NCBI GenBank assembly: GCA_038131935.1
Contig: JAYPQH010000030.1
Coordinates: forward strand, 94,302-158,301
DNA from: Alphaproteobacteria bacterium
GTDB taxonomy: Bacteria > Pseudomonadota > Alphaproteobacteria > UBA8317
DNA length: 64,000 nucleotides
Direction of reading: 5' to 3'
Shown here: positions 11,744 through 20,984 of the stretch, piece after piece
Layout: each line of letters starts with the position of its first letter
Numbering within the stretch: position 1 is the first letter of the stretch
Program-made: the position numbers and the translations under genes
Notes under the pieces: model-generated
What the model was told of the DNA's origin: nothing
Seen by the model: only the letters and a program-made list of their open reading frames with translations
The model's database searches: none

Positions 11744-13487
11744 GTTTTTTCGCCTTGTTCCCAATATGTAATTCTATGGGGACGCCCATCCTCTTCATAA
11801 TCAACGCTTGCTGCAATATTGAGAGTAGGTTGTTGAATGTCCAGTAAATCACCAAGCCCGCCGCGAATGTTCCAAGCATGAATGTGAACACAACCGGCAA
11901 GAAAGCAAAAATTTGTGCTTGTGTGGGGTCGGTGGGGGGTGGGTTAAGTTTTTGCTGCACAAACATCGTCATTCCCATAAGGACAGGCCAAATGCCAATC
12001 ATGAGAAAACCTGGGACGTCATATGGTAGAAGACCAAATAGGTTAAACAAAGTTGTGGGGTCTGGCGCAGACAAATCTTCGATCCAGCCAAAAAATGGTG
12101 CATGACGCATTTCAATGGTGGTGAACAAAACCTTATAAAGAGAAAAAAACACAGGTATTTGTATCAGCATTGGCAAACAGCCAGAGACCGGGTTTACCTT
12201 CTCGCGCTTATATAACTCCATGGTCTCTTGTTGGAGTTTTTGTTTGTCATCTTTGTGGCGCTCACGGATCTTCATCATTTCTGGTGTGAGTGCTTTCATT
12301 CGCGACATGGCTTTGTAGGATGTGTTGGCCAACGGAAAGAAAATGATTTTCACCAGAACAGTCAGTAGAATAATAGCAACACCAAAGTTACCTACCAGCT
12401 TGTTGAGGAAATCCAACACGATAAACATAGGTTTGGTCAAAAAGAAGAACCAACCCCAATCAATGGAAAGATCAAATCGTGAAACGCCCGCATCTGCATA
12501 GCCATCAATAAATTCCACAACTTTGGCACCTGCAAAAAGCCTGTGTTTGTATTGAGCTTTCTCACCGGACCCAAGTTGAACCTCTTGAGCGGTATATTCT
12601 GCTTGATAGGTTTGAACAGCTGCTTTTCTATCTGCCCGCATTTGCATTCTTACAGGCACAGTTTGATCTGGTATCAGCGTGGCCATGAAATATTTATCAG
12701 TGATGCCAACCCATCCACCCGTAGAGGTGAAACTTTGATCACCGTCATCATAAACACTATCGTAAGATACCTCCTGTAAAGTATCTTGGCTCACGCCAAT
12801 AAAGCCCTCATGGGCAATGTAGAAATTTTCTAATTTGGGGAGTCCAACCCGGCGCAATAATCCATAAGGTGCCAGCGTCATGACGGCATCTGATTGGTTG
12901 ATGATCTCATCCTCTAGGGTGATCATATAACTTTCATCAGTAGAAATGGTCCGGTTCACGGTGATCCCGTCTGGCCCAGACCAAGTTAACGTAAGGGGGC
13001 ATTCTGGGGATAGGTCCGGGCAGGTGGAGGTTTTGGTCCATATAGACTGAGAATCAGGTAAGGTCGCTTTTCCCGCTGATAGGCTCCAACCAAAACGCGC
13101 AAAGAAGGGTAGCTCTGAGCCTTTTGGAGACAACAGCACGATATCATCTGAATTCTGATCAAGTTCTTGCCTGTATTGGGTCAGAACAATGTTATCTATG
13201 GCCGATCCCTTTACAGCAATGGAACCTTGGACGAGAGGGCTGCGTAGGTTGATCCGCTCGGATTGCTTCAAAATATCTTCACGTGACAACTTTATCTGGG
13301 CTTGCGTTTCCAAGGCACTTCCTGTGTCTAGTGGAGCAACATTGTCCAATTCTGTTGATGGTGACTGTGTAACAGCCTCAGAAGGAGCCGGCGCAGGTGG
13401 TTGAGGTGGTGGGAAAAGCATTTGCCATCCAATCAACACAACGGCTGAAAGAACAACGGCGATGGCAAGATTTTTGTTGTCACTCAT
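11733..13487 (-). CDS. yidC: Membrane protein insertase YidC
   Basis: Start MSDNKNLAIAVVLS; IDWGWF, GCLPMLIQIPVF, WIEDLSAPDP, GLVIYWTFNN. Confidence 0.97.
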   Translation of the reverse strand: MSDNKNLAIAVVLSAVVLIGWQMLFPPPQPPAPAPSEAVTQSPSTELDNVAPLDTGSALETQAQIKLSREDILKQSERINLRSPLVQGSIAVKGSAIDNIVLTQYRQELDQNSDDIVLLSPKGSELPFFARFGWSLSAGKATLPDSQSIWTKTSTCPDLSPECPLTLTWSGPDGITVNRTISTDESYMITLEDEIINQSDAVMTLAPYGLLRRVGLPKLENFYIAHEGFIGVSQDTLQEVSYDSVYDDGDQSFTSTGGWVGITDKYFMATLIPDQTVPVRMQMRADRKAAVQTYQAEYTAQEVQLGSGEKAQYKHRLFAGAKVVEFIDGYADAGVSRFDLSIDWGWFFFLTKPMFIVLDFLNKLVGNFGVAIILLTVLVKIIFFPLANTSYKAMSRMKALTPEMMKIRERHKDDKQKLQQETMELYKREKVNPVSGCLPMLIQIPVFFSLYKVLFTTIEMRHAPFFGWIEDLSAPDPTTLFNLFGLLPYDVPGFLMIGIWPVLMGMTMFVQQKLNPPPTDPTQAQIFAFLPVVFTFMLGTFAAGLVIYWTFNNLLSILQQALIMKRMGVPIELHIGNKAKKPNS

Positions 13488-13794
13488 ATCGTGAAGACTC
13501 ACTTGTTTGTTTTTGAATAGATGCAGACCTACTAGCCGTCGGAGCCGTAGGGCCGCAAGGGGGTGGTACAGGGTCAAAGGTCCAAGATTTTGTTCGGCCA
13601 AAGGGATGGCAACGCATAAGCCGCCTGCATGTAAGCAAAATGCCACGCCATGGGCCATGATATTCGAGTGCCTCTAGGGCATAAACTGAACATGTCGGTT
13701 GAAATCTACAACGGTTACCAATGAGCGCAGAAAACGTATACCGATAGGCATAAATCAGCATCTTCAATGCTATCACCATGACTTTGTTGATCAT
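13480..13794 (-). CDS. yidD: Membrane protein insertion efficiency factor YidD
   Basis: CRFQPTCSVYA, RCHPFG, FDPVP; lies between rnpA and yidC. Confidence 0.95.
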   Translation of the reverse strand: MINKVMVIALKMLIYAYRYTFSALIGNRCRFQPTCSVYALEALEYHGPWRGILLTCRRLMRCHPFGRTKSWTFDPVPPPCGPTAPTASRSASIQKQTSESSRYE

Positions 13795-14141
13795 GTTGAT
13801 GCCTTCGATATGTCTAGAAATACGTTCTTAATGTCTGTGGCTAGTCGATCAAAGGCGACGTGAAGGACGGCGGGTCTGGCGATCATATTGATGTCTACAT
13901 TCGACTCTATCAACAAATGATGATGAAGCCGCATCGCCTCCCGCAATCTACGCTTGGCACGATTACGGTGAACGGCATTGCCAATTTTTTTACTGGCGGT
14001 CACACCCAAACGACAGGATGTCTGCTGGCCAGCCCTATTGCTATGTCCATACCTACAAACAAAAGCAAAGCGCACTACTTTGCCCGCTTTGTTGAGCCGC
14101 AGGAAATCGCGACGTTTCTTTAATGTTTGGGGAATGGTCAC
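13791..14141 (-). CDS. rnpA: Ribonuclease P protein component
   Basis: LKKRRDF, RLGVTASKKIGNAVHRNRAKRRLRE. Confidence 0.96.
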   Translation of the reverse strand: MTIPQTLKKRRDFLRLNKAGKVVRFAFVCRYGHSNRAGQQTSCRLGVTASKKIGNAVHRNRAKRRLREAMRLHHHLLIESNVDINMIARPAVLHVAFDRLATDIKNVFLDISKAST

Positions 14142-14163
14142 GTCGACTACCCCACGTCAAACT

Positions 14164-14298
14164 TTAGGCAGAGAGGCTTTTACGGCCTAGGTTCCGCTGA
14201 CGCGCAATGATCTTACGACCATTTTTAGTTGCCATTCGGCTACGAAATCCATGCCGACGTTTGCGTACAAGACGGCTAGGTTGAAAAGTACGTTTCAT
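14164..14298 (-). CDS. rpmH: 50S ribosomal protein L34
   Basis: Translated by hand: [44 protein letters not shown]. Confidence 0.97.
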   Translation of the reverse strand: MKRTFQPSRLVRKRRHGFRSRMATKNGRKIIARQRNLGRKSLSA

Positions 14299-14444
14299 TG
14301 TGTTGTCTCCCCATGGCCAAACCCCCGGCGCATCCCGAGGGCGGAGTCCTGGATTACATGTGAAAGGTTGTCCGATAGCGTCCAGTGGCGTTACATGTCA
14401 AGAACAACCGTTCGGTTTGGCTCATCTTTTATGGGAAAATCATC

Positions 14445-14958
14445 ATGGAGAACAAACAAACGAGTCGTGATGGATGGCTTTGTGCTTACACTGCACAGCG
14501 TGGTGAGTTCCTCATGGTTAATGACGCTGAAAAAATTGGCCGTGATATTTACTGCCCTTGGTTTTTTCGTACTATCCGCCATGCACGAAAAGTTCAAACA
14601 GTCCGTAGACCCCTCTTTCCTCGCTATGTATTTGTAAAGGTCAATGAAGATGGCTGGTCCTGGGTGCGTGAAATTCGTGGATTTGAACGATTGATCGGGC
14701 ACACATGCGCCATGGAGGGTGCCAGCGTCATTCTTATCCTATCTTAGACAGTGCGAAGATGCTGAAGGTCAAATTCACTCATTGCAACCTAATTTGGCGC
14801 CCGGCGAAGACGTTTTCGTAACGGAGGGGCCATTCCGAGGTATGTCCGCGAAGGTTGTGCGCATTCCTGATGCGCAAAGGGTGCAGATCTTGATCTCAAT
14901 GTTTGGTCGTGAGCACACCGTTGATGTTGCGGGAATATATCTTCAAAAACAGTCGTGA
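14445..14958 (+). CDS. NusG/RfaH-family transcription elongation factor paralog (frameshift near 14717)
   Basis: NGN domain (IYCP...RPLFPRYVFV) joins a KOW domain (PGEDVFVTEGPFRG...RVQILISMFGRE) across a G-run. Confidence 0.85.
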
Positions 14959-15054
14959 TCATCGAAGCAAATCACCGCGACAATTTAAAACGTCATAATT
15001 CTGTCATGCTGTTATGATGTTTAGTAGTTAAGTGATTCAGATGGTGATTCTTCT

Positions 15055-15623
15055 ATGACAGTTCACATTCAACCACCAAGTCTTGAAGCCAGTCCGGCTT
15101 TGGTTCTTAACGCGGATTTTAGACCGCTATCTTATTTCCCACTTTCGCTTTGGTCTTGGCAGGATGCTGTGAAAGCTGCCTTTTTAGAAAGGGTGAATAT
15201 TGTTTCGGAGTATGATCGCGAAATTTCCTCGCCATCTTTCACGATGAAGCTTCCCTCCGTTGTCTCGTTGAAGGAATATGTGAAGCCAGCGGATACGCCA
15301 GCCTTTACCCGCTTTAATGTCTTTTTACGAGATGGATTTTCTTGCCAATATTGTGGTGCTACTGAAGATCTTACCTTTGACCATCTAGTGCCAAGGTCAA
15401 AAGGGGGAATGACAACGTGGGACAATGTGATTACGGCCTGTTCTCCGTGTAATTTGAGAAAATCTGATCGTTTGGCAGAAGATATCGGTATGTTGCCTCT
15501 CGTCACCGGCCTTTTTCTCCCTCGGTTTTCCATCTTCAGCGGATGGGGCGAAGGTTCCCACCAAACCATCTTCATGAAAGCTGGTTGGACTATCTTTACT
15601 GGGATGCTGAACTGGAAGCCTAA
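15055..15623 (+). CDS. HNH endonuclease (McrA-like; frameshift near 15500)
   Basis: LVLNADFRPLS, RDGFSCQYCG, TFDHLVPRSKGG, ACSPCN; the conserved tail FPPNHLHESWLDYLYWDAELEA* lies in the neighbouring frame. Confidence 0.88.
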
Positions 15624-15775
15624 TATGGTGGATGTTCGTACATTCCTTTTGACGCAAAAAAATTGCTTTACAACTAATATATTGGTACAGATCTTAACCT
15701 AAAGATAGCTTTCGTATTTTACTAAATAGAATTACTATAAGATTATATTTATATATATATTTATGAGAGGCAGCG

Positions 15776-16798
15776 ATGACTGATACGTCAAAACTTGCGC
15801 CAAAAGAGCGTCCATCTATGCCACCTGTTGGCAAACCGTCTGAAGGCATACGTATTGGGTCTGTCACCCTGGCAAGCTTTATTGTTGTGGTGATCGGTTT
15901 GTTCGCCTTTGTTGTTTATGCGATTGATAAAATCGATATGGAGGCAGAGGAGCAATTGTTGCTAGCCACAACGCTTGAGACTGAGGATGGTCAACGAACT
16001 TCCATATCAGAATTTGTGGCCAAAACAATAGGTGAAGCGGAAGCAGAATTATCGGTTCTGCAAGAAAAACAGGCGGCCATTGTTCCCCTAACCCAACAAG
16101 ATGATATTAAGGCCACTGCCGTGGCAAAAGTGCTAGATCTTCAGACGCAAAGCTATTGTACAGCTCTTCATTCCATGCAGTTGGTGAATGATGCCATCAA
16201 ACAGGGAACTGTGGAGGTTGCAAAACGTCCCTGCAATATAGAGACCCTGAGTGCTGCTGAGGTGACATCGAGTTATCAAAGTCTTTCGCTTCCAGATATG
16301 GCACAACTAGCCCAAGATTATCTTGGTGTTTCTCTCGTCAGTGCGTCAACCACAACTGCTGATCCAGGTGTTGAGACGACGAATATTGAGCAACCTAAAT
16401 CTGTTGAATTCGCCACAGAACTTCAACAAGATGCACCTGCTAAGAATGCTGAAGGTCTGAACATCACAGGATCGCTCGAGCAGATTAGAACGCAACTTTA
16501 TGGTGTGGTGACACAGGCCGGAGACGTGATGAGGGGGCTGGTTGCTTCAACAGAGGGCTACGCACAAAACCTAGCGCTTGATATACAACAAACCGTTGCA
16601 TCATGGTGGGGTACATGGGAACGTATGGTAAAGATGGACAGCGGCGTACCTTCAATCAATCAAGACCAAACCAATCAATTGAATGGAAATTCCCTCGGTT
16701 ATATGTTGGATTATTTTGATTCCTGGAAAACTTATATCTTTCAGTTCTCCGGTGCATCCGACGCAAAAGAGGGTAACCTTATAACCAGTTCATCTTAA
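15776..16798 (+). CDS. Hypothetical single-pass membrane protein with helical ectodomain
   Basis: 340-aa ORF, GAGG RBS, one hydrophobic segment near residues 30-50; no recognised motif. Confidence 0.75.
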   Translation: MTDTSKLAPKERPSMPPVGKPSEGIRIGSVTLASFIVVVIGLFAFVVYAIDKIDMEAEEQLLLATTLETEDGQRTSISEFVAKTIGEAEAELSVLQEKQAAIVPLTQQDDIKATAVAKVLDLQTQSYCTALHSMQLVNDAIKQGTVEVAKRPCNIETLSAAEVTSSYQSLSLPDMAQLAQDYLGVSLVSASTTTADPGVETTNIEQPKSVEFATELQQDAPAKNAEGLNITGSLEQIRTQLYGVVTQAGDVMRGLVASTEGYAQNLALDIQQTVASWWGTWERMVKMDSGVPSINQDQTNQLNGNSLGYMLDYFDSWKTYIFQFSGASDAKEGNLITSSS

Positions 16799-17112
16799 TA
16801 TCTTTGCTTTCATTCTTGTCTATTTTTTTAAAAACAGGGGCTGTTTGCATGATAGCCCTCATGGTGATTGTTTTTGTCAGTTGGATTGCTTGATTTAGCA
16901 ACAACAAAATTGTGTTTTGAGGTTTCTGATGTCATTTGGTTTGATGCGTCAAAGCAAATAGGTTGGTTTTTATTTATTGCAAACCCATGTTTTTAAATAA
17001 TAAATAGGGAAAAAATAGAATATAGAATAAGATGATGTAATCATTAATTTAATGAAAATTGATCTCTCCCAAATTTAATGTGAATATGTTAATGATATGC
17101 TCGAAGTCACAA

Positions 17113-17189
17113 GGTCCCGTAGCTCAGCAGGATAGAGCATCAGATTCCTAATCTGAGGGTCACAGGTTCGAATCCTGTCGGGATCACCA
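17113..17189 (+). tRNA. tRNA-Arg(CCT)
   Basis: GGTCCCG acceptor stem, AGCTCAGCAGGATAGAGC D arm, TCAGA-TT CCT AA-TCTGA anticodon arm, GGTTCGAATCC T arm, CCA end. Confidence 0.97.
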
Positions 17190-17262
17190 CTTGCATATAT
17201 GAAAAAACGCAATATTTGTGGTGAAAATTCTTGTGAGAAATTAAATAAAATAACAAAAGTAA

Positions 17263-17985
17263 ATGGTGTTAGGGCGGTATTTTGGGAGAGAAACAATTAC
17301 CAAGATTCATTTTACCCCAGATAATCGAATACTCCCTGAGGAAATAAACCCAAATGATAATGAAAATGTGCTTGTTGTGATTGATATGCAGCGTGATTTT
17401 GTCAAACCGGGAGGCTTTGGGGCGAGCCTTGGGAACGACGTTATCCGTCTGACGGCTATAGTACCGATAGTCCGCCAATTGCTTGTGGGATTTCGAACCG
17501 CAGGTCTTCCTGTTTTTCACACCAGAGAATGCCATGCACCTGACTTATCAGATTGCCCACAAGCCAAACAGATGCGGGGTAATCCCGCACTTAGAATTGG
17601 AGATATTGGCCCGATGGGACGCATTTTGATTGCTGGTGAGCCTGGTGCTGAAATAATACCGGAACTTGCCCAGATACCAGGTGAAATCGTTATTGATAAG
17701 CCTGGAAAAGGAGCATTTTACGCAACGGATTTTGGCGCCATCCTCGAAGAAAGTCGCATGCGTCAATTGGTTTTTGCTGGGGTTACAACCGAGGTATGTG
17801 TTCAGACGACAATGCGAGAAGCAAATGACCGAGGTTACGATTGTTTAGTCGCAACAGATGCAACAGATAGTTATTTTCCAGAGTTCAAAGCCGCTACGAT
17901 TGAAATGATTACTGCTCAATGAGGAATTGTCGGTTGGGCGGCTCCCGTACATGCTATTTTGAGAGCGATTCAAGATGAAACCTAA
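17263..17985 (+). pseudogene. Cysteine hydrolase (isochorismatase family, biuret hydrolase-like) with premature TGA and uncertain N-terminus
   Basis: [27 protein letters not shown] (D-K-C triad). The frame continues past the stop as AQ*GIVGW, matching the family's AQGGIxGW tail. Confidence 0.7.
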
Positions 17986-18307
17986 ATCATTCATAAATCT
18001 TCTTCCAAATAACTGGGATAGATTGCCATTTGAGCCATTTCGAGAGGGAATAGAAATATACAATCTTTGGTCAGGCGGCCCAAATGTGTCGCTGCTACGG
18101 TATGCGCCAGGCGCTTCAGTTCCTCGCCACCGTCATTTGGGATTAGAGACTATAATCGTACTTTCGGGGAGTCAAAGTGATGAGAGGGGACTCTACGCGA
18201 CAGGATGGATTATCTTTAATCCTGCCGGCTTTGAGCATAGCGTTTGGTCGGAAGATGGTTGTACAGTGCTTATCAATTGGGAAAAGCCGGTAAAGTTTCT
18301 AGATTAG
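17975..18307 (+). CDS. ChrR-like cupin protein
   Basis: LLRYAPGASVPRHRHLGLE, LSGSQSDE, HSVWSEDGC. Confidence 0.85.
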   Translation: MKPKSFINLLPNNWDRLPFEPFREGIEIYNLWSGGPNVSLLRYAPGASVPRHRHLGLETIIVLSGSQSDERGLYATGWIIFNPAGFEHSVWSEDGCTVLINWEKPVKFLD

Positions 18308-18949
18308 TTGGTTTTGGTTTATCGTAATTTTTGCTTCGTAATGTGATTGATACGGCAAAGGCTGGAAAAATTAAATGTGATGACATTCAAAAACAGCCGA
18401 CATGTGTTAAGATATCTCCTTGATTACAATGGATTAAGGTTTTGGTCTCGGTTCAATTCTTAGAAGAATGAAGTAGTAGGTTTTCATTTGTTAAGGCCTT
18501 TATTCCAAATACACAATATTTTGGTTTTGGAGAGATAAATGATCTCGTTAAAGAGCATTTGGAAGAAGAAGATCTGTTGTGTGTTGGTCAATGATATAGC
18601 AACAATGAAATTTTAAAATAATCGCTCAGCTGGTTCCGCTCTATTGACCTTTTCGTTTTTTTCAAAAGACACAATTCCTTTTGATGAAGAAGATTTGTCC
18701 TAAGCGTATCTGGTTAAGTAGGGCATTTGTATTCTCAGAGAAGCTAATTGTCCTTTAGTGGTAAAATCTGAAATGTTGGCATGACGCAGGCAAGTCTACT
18801 CACGCTAAATGGTTGAAAGCGCAAGCTAGATCATATTTAGCTAATATTGTAGTTCCTCCAGATAGTTGCGGAGCTTCAACAAATATCTGAGCCAAATCTA
18901 TAGCAAATACTTTGGTCAGTGCGAGGTTTGAGATGTGAGTCGAGGAATG

Positions 18950-19348
18950 CTAGTCTTGGATATCGTTTAATTTTGTATTGAACTTTAATTGGGTAATGAC
19001 GTCCAAATTTTCTTGGCTATACACTGTGAATTTTCCGAATATGGGACACCTATCGAAGTGAAGTACATACTGATTGATTTTAACCTTGGGTCCCAATGAT
19101 TCAGAGGATAGCAAATGCCAATCGTTTAGCTTCCCGCACAATTGATTGATGTTCATGTACTGTTGGATAAGTTCATTTGTTTTCCCTGCTCTTGAGAGAA
19201 GGGAACCATTAAACCAAATGTTAACGGCTCTATCAATGAGTCCTTGCTTTAAAGCAGAAAGACCTTCGTCAATAACTGCTTCAGATCGCGCTAACCCGAA
19301 AGTCATCATTAAAATCGCGGCACCAACGATAACTTGTTTCATGTACAT
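18950..19348 (-). CDS. Hypothetical exported protein
   Basis: Signal-peptide-like N-terminus MKQVIVGAAILMMTFGLARSEA; 132 aa. Confidence 0.65.
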   Translation of the reverse strand: MYMKQVIVGAAILMMTFGLARSEAVIDEGLSALKQGLIDRAVNIWFNGSLLSRAGKTNELIQQYMNINQLCGKLNDWHLLSSESLGPKVKINQYVLHFDRCPIFGKFTVYSQENLDVITQLKFNTKLNDIQD

Positions 19349-19522
19349 GTCCCACTAACAATTAATATTGTATGATAATCCAGGAATGAAGAATTTACAT
19401 CGAAATAAGTCCCCACAATACTATAGTTGATACATAGAACAACTTACTTTATTGTTTCAGGCAACCCGGTCTTTGTCCAGAGCTGTGGTTTTAGAAAATA
19501 GCATAGAACTAGGAGAAAACAG

Positions 19523-20269
19523 TTGTTCAAGAAGCTTGTTCCCGTCACAAAAGATGCGCACAAGGCGTTCAAAATGAAACCGCTTGTTGATTTCAAGTTT
19601 GCAGGAAATGTACATTTAGCCTCTTTGATGGCACATGAGTTTGTTCGTGCAGCGTCAGTTTACCCAATAATCTTTGTTGAAGATGGTTCCGATGGGTTTC
19701 GTCCGGTTGCGTTAATGGGATTGGTACCTGAACAAAATCTCTTCATTGATGATGATGGAAATTGGAATGCCTCATACATACCAGCCATTATTCGTCGATA
19801 CCCATTCGCTCTGGCTAAGTTAGGGGATGGTGATCAGTACACTGTGTGCCTTGATGAAGAAAGCAGTTTATTTGCGAAGAAAGGTGATGGCAAACCGCTG
19901 TTTGATAAAGATGGTGAGCCTACAGTGGTTATAGATAACGTTAAGAAATATTTGACAGAGCTACAGCAAATGGATGTGTTCACAAAAGACTTTTGTAGTT
20001 TTCTGAAAGAACAAAACATGTTCACACTTTTGAACATGCGGGTAGTCGATGATGAGCAGCTAAAAACTATCACCGGTTGTTATGTTGTTAACGAAGAGCG
20101 TTTGAACAACCTATCCGATAAAGCTTTCCTTGATGTAAAACAAAAGAATTTTCTGCCCGCGATTTATGCGCATCTTCTATCTCTATCGCAGGTTGAGCGC
20201 TTGTCTGTGCTTAAACGTGAGAAATTAGCTCAAGCCAGTCTGGCTACAGACAAATCATCTATGCACTGA
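19523..20269 (+). CDS. SapC family protein
   Basis: AGGAG RBS with TTG start; EFVRAASVYPIIF, PVALMGL, YIPAIIRRYPF, YAHLLSL. Confidence 0.9.
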   Translation: MFKKLVPVTKDAHKAFKMKPLVDFKFAGNVHLASLMAHEFVRAASVYPIIFVEDGSDGFRPVALMGLVPEQNLFIDDDGNWNASYIPAIIRRYPFALAKLGDGDQYTVCLDEESSLFAKKGDGKPLFDKDGEPTVVIDNVKKYLTELQQMDVFTKDFCSFLKEQNMFTLLNMRVVDDEQLKTITGCYVVNEERLNNLSDKAFLDVKQKNFLPAIYAHLLSLSQVERLSVLKREKLAQASLATDKSSMH

Positions 20270-20285
20270 ACGTTGAATAAATCAT

Positions 20286-20984
20286 TTAAGAGTGCTGATC
20301 GTATGTTAAAGAGGAGGATTGGCTGCCATTAAGGTAATGGACACTCGAAATGGCGATTGCGTAGAACAGTTGGAGCCATTTACGATCGTTAAGCATAAGA
20401 GCAGATCTGTCGGGTAACCGATTGAGGCAATTTAAATCAACATAAAAGTACTTATTGCGGGCTGTTGTATCTCCAACCGGTTTCAGTAAGCCAACACGTG
20501 ATGCAACAAACCCTAGTTCCTGTGCTTCGCGTAACCCTTTTGCTAACAAACTAAATAAAGCCATAAGGTTTTGGGTTTCTGTGGTGTAATTCCCGTCTTC
20601 AGAAAAAATCGGGAAATATCCAGATTCACAAAAATAGGGAGAATTTTCATCTACAAAGATCTGTGCTTCTTCTTCATTTGAGCCTTTGATCAGAAATGGG
20701 TATATTCTCAGCAAGCTTGGAACTGCACTTAATTTTATAGACCCTTCTTGACAGACCAGTTTGTTCCTCTGATTTGACGCTCCGATAACCACGGTTGGGG
20801 TGAATATGTCCTGCGAGTTTTCATGTCTATGAGTGAATACAATAGGAAAGAAGCCGGATAACGTCCAGATCTCGGATAGCGTAACGTCGATTTCAGAAAT
20901 TTGAAGCGCGAACTTGAAATCTGTGACAGGTGTAAACCGCATATTGCGATGTTTTCTGCTGTTAAGCGGAACGAAGCTAGGCAT
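20286..20984 (-). CDS. Divergent SapC family protein, last gene of the secretion operon
   Basis: VPLNSRKHRNMR, FPIVF, VPSLLRIYPF, LNRLPD...LQLFYAIAIS; overlaps the secA-like stop. Confidence 0.75.
   Translation of the reverse strand: MPSFVPLNSRKHRNMRFTPVTDFKFALQISEIDVTLSEIWTLSGFFPIVFTHRHENSQDIFTPTVVIGASNQRNKLVCQEGSIKLSAVPSLLRIYPFLIKGSNEEEAQIFVDENSPYFCESGYFPIFSEDGNYTTETQNLMALFSLLAKGLREAQELGFVASRVGLLKPVGDTTARNKYFYVDLNCLNRLPDRSALMLNDRKWLQLFYAIAISSVHYLNGSQSSSLTYDQHS

Noticed and set aside
13488-13658. 57-aa N-terminal extension of YidC in the ORF track
   Set aside because: It overlaps yidD; the typical YidC start is MSDNKNL at 13487.
15055-15623. HNH gene as a mobile homing endonuclease or defence system
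   Set aside because: It resembles the common chromosomal alphaproteobacterial HNH family; no intron, methylase or repeats nearby.
17075-17296. 73-aa minus-strand ORF
   Set aside because: It is the antisense reading of the tRNA-Arg gene.
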